DNA of 34,318 nt from the IMG/VR virus record IMGVR_UViG_3300037461_001343, positions 1 to 34,318 of that record; one strand, given 5' to 3'. The DNA comes from a virus (Duplodnaviria > Caudoviricetes). This document shows, one piece after another, positions 9,214 to 18,635 of this stretch. Position 1 is the first letter of the stretch. Each line of letters opens with the position of its first letter. The notes under the pieces were generated by a model, which saw only the letters and a program-made list of their open reading frames with translations, was not told the origin of the DNA and ran no database searches. The position numbers and the translations under genes were made by a program.

Positions 9214-10805
9214 CAATAGGCCCCACTGCCGCACTTCTCACTCAGGCTCAGCCAAAGTCCTACGCTGCTTTAAAGGTCAGCAAACCAGAGCCTACTGCTG
9301 ATATCGATGTCCTCATGCTGATCAAAGATCACCCAAGCATGATTGCATCGACTTTCTATAATTTAATTAAGTCCAAGGGTTTTAAAATTGTCCCGGACAC
9401 AGACAGGATTGCGCAACCGGGTGAGCCGGCCCAGCAAGCCGATGCCACTTCAGGCTTTGGCCAGATGACTCGTGCTGGAGCCAAGGAATCCATCCAAACC
9501 TACTTCGGTTTAAAGTTTCTGGAGCTTGATAAGAGTCCCAAAGACAAGGCCATTGGATTCACGAAGTTTAAAGTGGTGCTCTTAGCGGAGGGGATGGGCA
9601 ATTTTGCTAACGCATTTTACTATCCGAAATCAGCCCTTGATAGTTCAATACCTGTCTTTGAGGGGAAGAAGATCTATGCCGACCATCCAAGCCTTTCGGA
9701 GGAGAAAGACCGACCAGAGAGATCCGTTCGCGACGTGCTTGGCCATTTTGAGAATGTCCACACAGAGGAAGTGGACGGGCAGTCCTTGCTGGTGGCAGAC
9801 GTCATTATACCGCCAGACCAACCCTTCTTGTGGGCCCGGTCACTCATGGGTCACGCTGTCGTGTACTCCGAAAAGTATCCGGACAAGAGCTTCATCGGCT
9901 TGTCGATCAACGCCAACGGGGAAGCCGTCGAGAAAGACATCGAAGAGGTCATGAAGACTGCGCCGAAGACCGCGATTCCAAAACTTCAGGACGCTCTATT
10001 GCAAGGAATCAAAAAATTACGTGTTGTGAATTCAATTACAGAAGCGACCAGCGTGGACCTTGTCACAGAGGCCGGAGCTGGAGGCAAAATCTTAAGTTTT
10101 ATCGAAAGGAATAGAAACATGGAGAAAGAAGAGCAAAAAGATCTAGCGCCGTCTGGTCATGCTGATGCAGCTCAAGACATTGAGTTGATCAAAAAGATGA
10201 TCACAAAGTACTTGGGTGAAGAGCCCACACCGAATGAAGAAGAGTGCGACATGGTCAAAAAGGCCAAGCAAGCCTACGAAGAGATGGGCGAAGACGAGGC
10301 GGAAGCCAAGGCAGTAGGTACCTTAAAACTCGCTCGCCATATGGCTGCTAAGGCGGCGCCTCTCCCTGAAGCGAAACCCGAGGCAGTAAAGCCCGAGGAC
10401 CACAAGGACGAAGCAGCTAGCAAAGGTGAATGTAAGCAAGCGGAAAAAGCAGAGTCCGAGGAGAAAAAAGAATCGGAAAAAAGACTGCATGCTGAACTCC
10501 TAAAGCTTAAGGGTGAATTAGCCAAGTATCACGAGGCACAGAAGACTCAAGACCTGATGGTATACTTGGATAAGAAGCTCAAAGAAACAAAACTTTCCAC
10601 GGAAGTCACAAAGAAATTCCGTGAGTCTTTGGGCGCTCCGAAATCCAAAGAGCAGATTGATTCTATGTTTGGTGTTTTCATGGAAGGATACAGCTCAAGC
10701 CGGGCAGCGGCTATTGACTGGTCTTTTGTGACTCAAGGTACAACGCGGGAGAATGCTGCAGGCAAATCCACTCGCAAAATTAGTTTCGAAGGAATAACAA
10801 AATAA
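9210..10805 (+). CDS. Prohead maturation protease fused to scaffold
   Basis: YYPKSAL...IYADHP...RSVRDVLG...IGLSINA...SVDLVTEAGAGG protease core, followed by a Glu/Lys-rich coiled-coil scaffold. Confidence 0.8.
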   Translation: MTIGPTAALLTQAQPKSYAALKVSKPEPTADIDVLMLIKDHPSMIASTFYNLIKSKGFKIVPDTDRIAQPGEPAQQADATSGFGQMTRAGAKESIQTYFGLKFLELDKSPKDKAIGFTKFKVVLLAEGMGNFANAFYYPKSALDSSIPVFEGKKIYADHPSLSEEKDRPERSVRDVLGHFENVHTEEVDGQSLLVADVIIPPDQPFLWARSLMGHAVVYSEKYPDKSFIGLSINANGEAVEKDIEEVMKTAPKTAIPKLQDALLQGIKKLRVVNSITEATSVDLVTEAGAGGKILSFIERNRNMEKEEQKDLAPSGHADAAQDIELIKKMITKYLGEEPTPNEEECDMVKKAKQAYEEMGEDEAEAKAVGTLKLARHMAAKAAPLPEAKPEAVKPEDHKDEAASKGECKQAEKAESEEKKESEKRLHAELLKLKGELAKYHEAQKTQDLMVYLDKKLKETKLSTEVTKKFRESLGAPKSKEQIDSMFGVFMEGYSSSRAAAIDWSFVTQGTTRENAAGKSTRKISFEGITK

Positions 10806-10821
10806 TAATAGGAGATAGAAT

Positions 10822-11313
10822 ATGGCTGGCGTAAATAATATCGTACGGACAGTGACTCCTGGTTCTATTTTTGAAGAGGCATCAGCTGTTATCAGCTCAA
10901 GTGTTTCTTTCAACCAGGGCGATCTTTTGGTGTTTGACGACACAAACAATGTTCTCAAAAAACCCGCTGCAGAAGCAGAAGGCGCGACCTTCCTTGGCGT
11001 TGCTCGATGCTCAATTGCAAGCGGCAAACTGGTTTCTCCCTACAACACTGATGTTGTGGCTTCCCAGGCTGCAAGTGCCATCCCAGGCCCTCAGTATGGG
11101 GTGATTTGCAAACTGACTCTGAAGACAAGCAGCTCTCTGAATCCTGGCGATCTAGTATATCTGGATCCCGCCACCGGTACAGATGGCATCGCAGTAACTG
11201 GCACAAAGGCGATTGGTATCTACCAGGGCCCTGCGCTTACAGGATCTGCAGCTGGTCTTAAGGTCGAAGTACTTCTGGGCCATCGGCATCCCGCTGATGC
11301 TCTACGGTTTTAA
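10822..11313 (+). CDS. Capsid decoration/cement protein
   Basis: Lies between scaffold and MCP. QGDLLVFD...FLGVA...PGDLVY...AIG pattern. RBS AGGAG. Confidence 0.7.
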   Translation: MAGVNNIVRTVTPGSIFEEASAVISSSVSFNQGDLLVFDDTNNVLKKPAAEAEGATFLGVARCSIASGKLVSPYNTDVVASQAASAIPGPQYGVICKLTLKTSSSLNPGDLVYLDPATGTDGIAVTGTKAIGIYQGPALTGSAAGLKVEVLLGHRHPADALRF

Positions 11314-11328
11314 TTAAGGAGAATCAAA

Positions 11329-12492
11329 ATGACATTACGAGAAAGAAACTTAAAAGTTATCGAGAAGCAGCTGATTGAGTCTGAAGAGGTTAAAAAACTT
11401 CGTGACTCACTGATGCGAAGATTCGGTGTGGATCCGGTTACCGATACAGTTCAATTTCCTTTTGCTGAGGGCAAAGTAAGCCTTCGCTCTTTGGAAGCCA
11501 AACTGGAGGAAGCAGATTCTGCATCAGCTTTCACTCAGTTCCTGCGCGCTGGTATTCAGCAGATCACTGCTGGGATGTACAAAGCCGTTGACACGACTTG
11601 GCAAGACTGGGCCGTTGCAGTACCAAGCTCAAAAGACACTGAGCTGTATGCACCTAACCATGGCGTGGCATTCCCTAGGGAAGTCGGACAGAATGAGATC
11701 TATCCCGAAGTGGGCGCTGCTGCTTTGGACCTGGAGCTCAAGAACAAGAAGTTTGGGAACATCTACGGTGTGACTGTAGAGCTCGCAAACGACGATCAGA
11801 CAGGCACCTTCATGCAGCAGGCTTCCTTGCTGGGTGAGTATGCAGCTCTCCTGGTTGAAGTGTATGCTTACGGCAAGCTCGCTTCTGTAGCCAACATGAA
11901 ATACCTGGATCTGACGATCCCGGTTTCTGAGACGAAGCCTTCTTACGAATCCGCCTATCCTTGGTCAACGGCACTGCGTGGCGGTGGGGCAACGCGTCCA
12001 TCTTCTTTCGGCGCTTTGATTCAAGCCAACGTACAAAACGGTATGGTCGCTCTGATGAATCAGAAGAATCTGCAAGGGATCAAGATGCAAGTTGCACCTG
12101 GTCGCCTAGTCGTTGGATCAGCCTATCGGTTTGACGCTGGTGTTCTGCTTAACAGCTCTTTCTATCCGTCTGGAGCCGCTTCGGCTGGCGTCGTCGGTGG
12201 AGCTTTCGCAGTGAACATGCTCAAGGGCATCTTGGATCTGACTGTATCTCGCTATGTATTTGCCAACGACGGGACCGTCGATGGGACTTCTAAAGCGTGG
12301 TACCTGATGGATTCTACGGGCAAGCCCTGGTTTATCGTTCAGCAAAGGGAGCCAGTCGCCGTTGTTCAAGAGGCACCAAATTCAGGAGCTAACTTTGATC
12401 GAGATATCGTCCGATTCAAAGCCAGCACGCGTTTTAATTGCGACCACATTGACCCGCGTTTTGCATGGCAAGGAAGTGATGGAAGTGTATAA
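11329..12492 (+). CDS. Major capsid protein (HK97 fold, Mu gpT-like)
   Basis: 387 aa, RBS AAGGAG. Contains KKFGNIYGVTVELANDD, RLVVG and KAWYL motifs. Confidence 0.9.
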   Translation: MTLRERNLKVIEKQLIESEEVKKLRDSLMRRFGVDPVTDTVQFPFAEGKVSLRSLEAKLEEADSASAFTQFLRAGIQQITAGMYKAVDTTWQDWAVAVPSSKDTELYAPNHGVAFPREVGQNEIYPEVGAAALDLELKNKKFGNIYGVTVELANDDQTGTFMQQASLLGEYAALLVEVYAYGKLASVANMKYLDLTIPVSETKPSYESAYPWSTALRGGGATRPSSFGALIQANVQNGMVALMNQKNLQGIKMQVAPGRLVVGSAYRFDAGVLLNSSFYPSGAASAGVVGGAFAVNMLKGILDLTVSRYVFANDGTVDGTSKAWYLMDSTGKPWFIVQQREPVAVVQEAPNSGANFDRDIVRFKASTRFNCDHIDPRFAWQGSDGSV

Positions 12493-12507
12493 TTATAGGA
12501 TGGTATA

Positions 12508-12954
12508 ATGCAAATGAATGTAGAACAACCCAAGAAGAGGGGGAGGGGACGTCCCCCCTCCCTCCGGGGTAAGGAAGATGACATGAAAGTACGGGTAAAC
12601 AAAATGGCCGAAGAGATCATTGGTTCAAAACCTAGCCTGGATGCCCTTCGCGCTCGTATCAAGTCAGACAAGACTTTGTCTGAGCAAATCGCTGGTGACA
12701 CGATTTGTTATTTAAACAAGTACTTCACGGGATACAAAGAGGCCTTTCCAGAGCCACAAGATGTGGGTTTGCGCACGGTGGACAAGTATTTCCCCTTTGC
12801 TGAAGGCGGTCCTTTGTATGTGGACGAGCATCGTGGAGTGACAGAGCTTCGGGATCTGGATCGAAAGAAAGAGGTCATGAAGAGTCTGGGCTTTCGTTAT
12901 GTGATTTTAAAACCTGGAATGAGTTTGATTGACGCATATGAGGCACTTCCATGA
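12508..12954 (+). CDS. Protein with AT-hook-like motif and possible Vsr/DUF559-like C-terminus
   Basis: KKRGRGRPP at the N-terminus; VDKYF...LYVDE...DLDRKKEVMKSLGFRYVIL at the C-terminus. Confidence 0.5.
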   Translation: MQMNVEQPKKRGRGRPPSLRGKEDDMKVRVNKMAEEIIGSKPSLDALRARIKSDKTLSEQIAGDTICYLNKYFTGYKEAFPEPQDVGLRTVDKYFPFAEGGPLYVDEHRGVTELRDLDRKKEVMKSLGFRYVILKPGMSLIDAYEALP

Positions 12955-13616
12955 CATGGGCAGCACCGGAATCGGATTTAAGAACGCTCTTATCTGATAA
13001 CGCAGAAGACAAATATCGGTATCGCAAGAAGGTCTTTGGAAACACGGATGGGACCAATGTGCTCTTTAAGACTTTTGAGTTCCGTCGTGTGACCGACTTC
13101 ACCACAGCGGCTTATCCACTAGGCGTTTGGGTGGAGGGAGTCCTTTTGACCTCCACGGATATTGCTTCTGACAATCCGGGCTCAGGTGATTTTGAGCTGG
13201 CTGCGGCTCCGACTGTGCGACAGAAGGTCGAGGCGTCGTACTACATCCAGTGGTTTTTAGATGTTGAAATACAAAACTTCCTCAGGCTCGCGTCAAACTG
13301 GTTGGGCATGGGAGATGATTATACACAGATCAGTCCTCAGCTCAGGCCAGCGGCTTTAAAGTATGCGTCTGCTGAGGCGTATCAAAAGTTGTCGCTTCGA
13401 TGGGCGGAACACTTGTCGGAGGGTTTTTTACTCAACGATGCACCTGTGGAAAAGAATTTCGCACCGGTGGATAAGTACCGGGAGCTATCTTTGGACTTAC
13501 GCAAAGAGGCCGAGGAGGCTGCGAAGTTTGTCTATTCCAGGTCCGCTCAGAACTATCAGCCCCTTTGGGGATTTGCCTTGGGCACAGACAATACGGAGCC
13601 ACAGCCGAGGAGATAA
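12951..13616 (+). CDS. Head-tail adaptor (putative)
   Basis: Position after the MCP; DLRTLLSD N-terminus; FLDVEIQNFL helical pattern. Confidence 0.55.
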   Translation: MTWAAPESDLRTLLSDNAEDKYRYRKKVFGNTDGTNVLFKTFEFRRVTDFTTAAYPLGVWVEGVLLTSTDIASDNPGSGDFELAAAPTVRQKVEASYYIQWFLDVEIQNFLRLASNWLGMGDDYTQISPQLRPAALKYASAEAYQKLSLRWAEHLSEGFLLNDAPVEKNFAPVDKYRELSLDLRKEAEEAAKFVYSRSAQNYQPLWGFALGTDNTEPQPRR

Positions 13617-13618
13617 AG

Positions 13619-14104
13619 ATGCACGCAGGCCTGAAGCAGACCGAAAACAAGATTACTAAGAAGCTAGACGACATGGTCAAGCGGGGCCGATCAGGCAGGT
13701 ATTTTATTACGAAAGAGGTCTATCCCAGATACCAGGAGTATCAAGTGATGCGGTGGAAGACCGAGAACTGGGGGAAGTGGCCCAAACTCAATCCGGAATA
13801 TGCCAAAAAGAAACTGGTGAAGCACGCAGGAGATCCTGGGCAAGGGCGAGTGATGATGATTGCGACCTCCAGACTCTATGGATCCGTGGTGGGCCGAGTG
13901 TCTAACGGGACGCCTCCGACGCGTGGGCTAGAACATCACTTCCGTGTGATCACGGACACTAGCTTGATCGTTGGGATCAGTGAGACCGAAGGGGAGATGC
14001 AGTATGCGAAGAGGGCGAACGCTTCGAGGCCTTTCTTTGGTTTCAAGCCGGACTTCAAGAAGACCTTGAAGGACCGGTATGCGCGCTACATGAGGGGGAC
14101 CTGA
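13619..14104 (+). CDS. Neck/virion morphogenesis protein (Mu gpG/P2 gpS-like)
   Basis: ATG 13619 after RBS GAGGAG. Basic protein with WPKLNPEY...TSRLYGS...YA...RPFFG motifs. Confidence 0.7.
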   Translation: MHAGLKQTENKITKKLDDMVKRGRSGRYFITKEVYPRYQEYQVMRWKTENWGKWPKLNPEYAKKKLVKHAGDPGQGRVMMIATSRLYGSVVGRVSNGTPPTRGLEHHFRVITDTSLIVGISETEGEMQYAKRANASRPFFGFKPDFKKTLKDRYARYMRGT

Positions 14105-14107
14105 GCC

Positions 14108-14596
14108 ATGGCTGCTGTAGATCCAGTTGAATACATTGTGGACCAGCTCCTCAGTTACATCCCCGACAATATCGGGGCGGCTTTGGACGAAGTGGCTATT
14201 GAGTACAACACGGAAATTTCGATAGAGAATCCGTTGGACTATTTCATCTACCAGAATCCGATTGGGTACCGTGTACCCTGCATAATCTTGGTGCCTCAAA
14301 ACATCGAGTGGCTGTGGACACGTGGCCAAAATCATATCAATTGCATTGTGGGCTTGAGCCTCACCTGTGTGGTGGAAGACCGAGACCAGACGATGCTATC
14401 TCGAAAACTTTGGCGCTTTCATGCGGCCCTATTTAAACTACTATCGTTCGCAACATTTTTGTCATCGACTCAAAAAGATATCGTGAAAGTGACTAACAGC
14501 AGTTTTTCACAGACGATCTTGATGAGCGGCACCGATTCGATTTTCAGAAAAGAAGTTACAATGAGTCTTGATATAGAACATTTTGAACAAAGTTAA
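14108..14596 (+). CDS. Tail terminator (putative)
   Basis: Position before the tail tube; 162 aa; VPCIIL motif. Confidence 0.55.
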   Translation: MAAVDPVEYIVDQLLSYIPDNIGAALDEVAIEYNTEISIENPLDYFIYQNPIGYRVPCIILVPQNIEWLWTRGQNHINCIVGLSLTCVVEDRDQTMLSRKLWRFHAALFKLLSFATFLSSTQKDIVKVTNSSFSQTILMSGTDSIFRKEVTMSLDIEHFEQS

Positions 14597-14607
14597 GGAG
14601 AAACAAT

Positions 14608-15165
14608 ATGGGTGTATCATACGCGACTATCACTCCCGGCAGTCTTGAATTGACGCCGATGAAACTATCTTGGACTCCTCCGGGGGGAACTACCGCGGTG
14701 GATCTAGGAGCCTCGTTGGGAAACATCGTCGTTGAGACGAAATACTTAAAGGCTGAGCTCATGGCAGATCAGATGGGGAAGACTGTCTTGGATCGTCGAG
14801 TGTCTGGTGTTCAGATCACCGTGACGACGGAGCTTGCTGAAGTCCTCAATATGGAGACTGTAAAAGTAGTTTTCCCGCATGCAACTCTGGTCGGCACAAC
14901 TCCAGACTTTGCATTGGATTTTGAGAGTATGATCGGGGACAGTGATTTGGCCAATGCTGGAGAGCTCAATTTGCATCCCTTGTCTAAGGTGACTGCGGAT
15001 GAAACAGCTGACTATACATTTTATAAAGCCTGTGCGTCTGCAGAAAGCTCCATCACTTATGGCCCGGACAGCCAAGCACGGTTAAAGATCGTTTGGAATA
15101 TTCTGCCCGACACGAGTGTAAGCCCGGCGAAATTCTACCGTTATGGTGACCCTGCAGTAGTATGA
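14608..15165 (+). CDS. Major tail tube protein
   Basis: RBS AAGGAG. VDLGASLGNI...ADQMG...ITVTTELAE pattern. No sheath gene is present. Confidence 0.8.
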   Translation: MGVSYATITPGSLELTPMKLSWTPPGGTTAVDLGASLGNIVVETKYLKAELMADQMGKTVLDRRVSGVQITVTTELAEVLNMETVKVVFPHATLVGTTPDFALDFESMIGDSDLANAGELNLHPLSKVTADETADYTFYKACASAESSITYGPDSQARLKIVWNILPDTSVSPAKFYRYGDPAVV

Positions 15166-15545
15166 GATTAATGAGCTGGCTTTCTGATCTTATAGGCAAG
15201 GAAAAGATCCCGGTGGAAGTCTACCGGGATCTAGACGCTTTGGAAACCACGCCCGTTCCATTTAAGGTGGGGGGTGAGGTCCATGTGTTGAATCCTTTAA
15301 CGACAGCTCAATTCTACGAATTCACAAAGGGTCTTGTGCAATTTCAGGCGGCGCAGCAGGACAGCCTAACGCCGAATCAAATTGTGGATATCTATTCGGG
15401 TTTGATCACGCCACTCATTCCGACTCTGACACGCAAGAAGATCGGTGACCTGACGATTCAGCAGGCCAATGCGATCTTCAATATGGTTATGGAGACTGTG
15501 TTGGGGAAGAATCACGTGCAAGGGGCTGAAAAAAAAAGACCTTAG
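15162..15545 (+). CDS. Tail assembly chaperone (gpG-like)
   Basis: Lies between the tube and the tape measure, and ends in an A9 slippery run. Confidence 0.8.
   Translation: MRLMSWLSDLIGKEKIPVEVYRDLDALETTPVPFKVGGEVHVLNPLTTAQFYEFTKGLVQFQAAQQDSLTPNQIVDIYSGLITPLIPTLTRKKIGDLTIQQANAIFNMVMETVLGKNHVQGAEKKRP
15529..15537 (+). other. Programmed -1 frameshift slippery site (A AAA AAA)
   Basis: GAA AAA AAA AGA CCT TAG. The -1 frame reads AAG ACC TTA GAT AGG GAT TTG GTA... straight into ORF 15554..15904. Confidence 0.85.
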
Positions 15546-15553
15546 ATAGGGAT

Positions 15554-15904
15554 TTGGTAGCTGAGCTGAGGGATTCCATCGTTGATTTTGCCAATGAGTG
15601 CGGGATGCCGATGGCTCAGCTGATGCAGGAGTCCGCCCGTTGTTTTATGTATCGACAAAGACGCTACTGGGATTTGGATCAGAAGAAGCACCTGAGGAAG
15701 TATATGGAGCTAGTAGACATCTCGCGAGTGAGCCAGGCGACTCAAGAAAGCTATGAGAAGCTACGAGAGTACTACTACAAGCGTTTGAATCCAGATCGGC
15801 GACGACCAGCCTTCAATGCTGACGATGAGAGTCAGAGCAAAATGGCTGCGTCTATTCTCAACCACATGTTTGAAGTCAAAGCGCGAGCGGAGGGATATCG
15901 GTAA
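15554..15904 (+). CDS. Tail assembly chaperone extension (gpT-like), expressed by frameshift
   Basis: Lies in the -1 frame relative to 15162..15545, has only a TTG start, and abuts the tape measure start. Confidence 0.75.
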   Translation: MVAELRDSIVDFANECGMPMAQLMQESARCFMYRQRRYWDLDQKKHLRKYMELVDISRVSQATQESYEKLREYYYKRLNPDRRRPAFNADDESQSKMAASILNHMFEVKARAEGYR

Positions 15905-17874
15905 TGGCTGACGAATCGATGCAGGTGAAGTTTGATTTTGACGCCAAGGAGGCCATGGGGAAGATCGGTGAGCTAACCGATAGGCTCGCTTCAATTGGAA
16001 ATATTGAGTCTTTTGATTCTTTGATTGGATCGATGGGACGAGCCTTGGGGCCTTTGGCACTACTATCCGCCTCAGTCTATGCACTCAAGAAGGCCATGGA
16101 TTTTGCGATTGAGGGAGAGCAGATTGAGCGTATTAACAAGCAATTTGAATCCTTAGCGGTTTCTGCTGGGTTAGCAGCTGGGGAATTGCGCAAGGGAATC
16201 GAAGACTCCAAGGGGCCTCTAGTTGGAATGGATGAGGCTCTCACGCATTCTTCAGAAGCCATTGTGAAGTTAGGCACGCAGGCCAAGAAGATTCCTGAGG
16301 TCTTTGAGTTATCTCGCCGTGTAGCAAAGGTTTTCGGTGGAGAGGTCACAGAGAGATTTGATCAGATCGTTCAAGCGATATCGACGGGCAATCAAAGGCT
16401 AGTGAAAACGATTGGTCTCAATGTGGATCTGGAATCTGCGACTCGAAAGTATGCGGCATCGGTGGGCCAGACTGTCAATACACTTTCGGAAGCGCAAAAA
16501 CAGCAGGCCTACCTGAATGCGATTTTGGATACAGGTGAAAAGAAGTTTAGTGCGATCAGTTTACAGTCTGACACTTTGGGAGACAAAACGAAGTCGCTCA
16601 AGATTGCCTTTCAGGAATTCGGAGAGTCTTTCTCTAAGTTAGCGACGAAATTGAGTCCGATTCTTACCCCTGCGGTAGAGATGTGGACCAGCATGGTTGA
16701 TAAGATGACCAAGTACTTAGAGGCTGGATCTGGGCTGGATGCTCAGAAAGAAAAGTTGAAGGCCCTGACAGATGAAGCGTCGAAGCTCCAAAAGAAGGTA
16801 GAGAGCTTGGATCAGGCTGGGGCGTTGCCCTTGTTTTTGCGATGGGATTTGGATTCTACAGTCACGAGATTGGCGAACGTGAGAGGTGAGATTGCTCTCA
16901 TTCAGCAAAACATTGCGGGCGCTGAAGGCAAGGGTCCGGAAGGGACGAAAGAGGCACGCACAGAGATTGCGACGGAAGAGACCTCAAAGCGGAACGAGAA
17001 AATTCTGTCTGAAGAAAACAAATTTGCCCAGAGTCTCAATGCCATTCGCCAGGGTATAGCGGCAGATGAGGCCAAGTACACCACGTCCTCTGAGATGGCC
17101 TATTCGAATCACTTGGAGCAGATGCGCTTGCTCGATGAGCAGTATGCTTTGAAGCTCAGACAGATCCAGATTGAGAAAGAGCAAAACGGCACACTGACGG
17201 AAGCTCAGGCTGCTCGGATGACTGAGCAAATCCAAGAGGAGCGATTTTTGAAGCTCAAGGCTTTGTCTGAGAAGGAGAAGGATCTGGACAAAGAGGTCGC
17301 CGACAATCGAGTGAGATTGGCTCAGACGACAGGAGACCAGATCAGCGCAGGACTAGCGCAGCGCAATGTGGAGATTCAAAAGGATCTAACAAACTGGGGA
17401 AAACTTGCGGTGCAATTCCGTCAGGTCGCAGCAAATAACATCGCTGGGGCTTTTCGTGACATAGGCTCTGGAGCGAAGACCGGCGCGAAAGCTATGGAAG
17501 ATGTAGTGAAGGGCATGGTTGGGACCATGGCCGATGCCTACGGAAGGTTACTAATTGAAACGGGTCTATGGCCTGTAAACCCAGTAGCCTTGGCCGCAGG
17601 GGCGGCTCTGCTGGCTTTAGCAGGGGCGATGGGTGGGAGCTCAAGTAGTGGTGGCGGATCAGGCGGTGGCATGGCTCCTGGTCCAGCTGCTGGCGGTACG
17701 ATTGGTTCAGATATGAGTCGTCCGAATCTTGAAGCCCAGAAGGGCAAGACAGTAACACTTCAAGTCATGGGTCATTATTTCGAAACGGCTGAAACTCAAC
17801 GTACACTGATGAATATGATTCGATCAGAGACAGATGCGACGACATTTCAGTATCAGCAGATAGGGGTAAAATAA
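15904..17874 (+). CDS. Tape measure protein
   Basis: 656 aa, Ala/Leu/Glu-rich helical, follows the G/GT chaperones, with hydrophobic and Gly-rich C-terminal segments. Confidence 0.9.
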   Translation: MADESMQVKFDFDAKEAMGKIGELTDRLASIGNIESFDSLIGSMGRALGPLALLSASVYALKKAMDFAIEGEQIERINKQFESLAVSAGLAAGELRKGIEDSKGPLVGMDEALTHSSEAIVKLGTQAKKIPEVFELSRRVAKVFGGEVTERFDQIVQAISTGNQRLVKTIGLNVDLESATRKYAASVGQTVNTLSEAQKQQAYLNAILDTGEKKFSAISLQSDTLGDKTKSLKIAFQEFGESFSKLATKLSPILTPAVEMWTSMVDKMTKYLEAGSGLDAQKEKLKALTDEASKLQKKVESLDQAGALPLFLRWDLDSTVTRLANVRGEIALIQQNIAGAEGKGPEGTKEARTEIATEETSKRNEKILSEENKFAQSLNAIRQGIAADEAKYTTSSEMAYSNHLEQMRLLDEQYALKLRQIQIEKEQNGTLTEAQAARMTEQIQEERFLKLKALSEKEKDLDKEVADNRVRLAQTTGDQISAGLAQRNVEIQKDLTNWGKLAVQFRQVAANNIAGAFRDIGSGAKTGAKAMEDVVKGMVGTMADAYGRLLIETGLWPVNPVALAAGAALLALAGAMGGSSSSGGGSGGGMAPGPAAGGTIGSDMSRPNLEAQKGKTVTLQVMGHYFETAETQRTLMNMIRSETDATTFQYQQIGVK

Positions 17875-18635
17875 TGGCTCTTAGGTCGCAATCCCTAATT
17901 TTATACAACTTTGAGACTAGTTCCTACAAGTTTGCTATAGATTTTCAAACTTCCTTCGGTGGGCCGATTCTTCAGGCCTCTATTCCGTATAAGTCTTATA
18001 CTTTGTCTGAACTCTTGATCGCTATTAAAAACCAAATGCAATCTGTAGATCCATACAATATTTATACTGTTTCTGCTGTTAGATCATACTCTGGTGGGAC
18101 TCAAAATCGGGTGACGATTTCAACGAGTGGAAGCTATTTGAGTCTTCTTTTTGGCACTGGTCCAAGATCTGGGACATCGATTGCGAGTTTGATTGGTTTT
18201 GCGGCATCGGATCAGACAGGGGCATTATCTTACACTGGGACTTTGACTGCGGGCACGGCGTTGATTCCAGCCCAGATTGCCTATAGTTACTTATCACCTA
18301 GTATGGTCCGAACGAATTCCGGGGCTGTGAACATTTCAGCATCGGGTTTGAAGGAGACCATTATTTGGTCGGTGCAGCAGTTTTTTCAGTGTGAGTTTAA
18401 GTATGAGCCTGAGCTCTCTGTGTTAACGACGTGGACGCCTCTTGTGGACTGGCTCATCCAGCAAAAGCCGATTGAGTTCACCCCTGAGATCTCAAGCCCC
18501 ACGGTGTATTACAAGGCCACTTTGGAAGGGACTCAGATGGATTCAAAAGGTTTGGGATTTACTTTTACGGAGATGCTTCCGGATTTTCCGTTTTTTTATC
18601 GGACCGGTGTGTTGAAATTCAGAATGAGGTTATAG
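17874..18635 (+). CDS. Distal tail (Dit-like)/baseplate protein
   Basis: Directly after the tape measure; 253 aa. Call is positional. Confidence 0.5.
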   Translation: MALRSQSLILYNFETSSYKFAIDFQTSFGGPILQASIPYKSYTLSELLIAIKNQMQSVDPYNIYTVSAVRSYSGGTQNRVTISTSGSYLSLLFGTGPRSGTSIASLIGFAASDQTGALSYTGTLTAGTALIPAQIAYSYLSPSMVRTNSGAVNISASGLKETIIWSVQQFFQCEFKYEPELSVLTTWTPLVDWLIQQKPIEFTPEISSPTVYYKATLEGTQMDSKGLGFTFTEMLPDFPFFYRTGVLKFRMRL

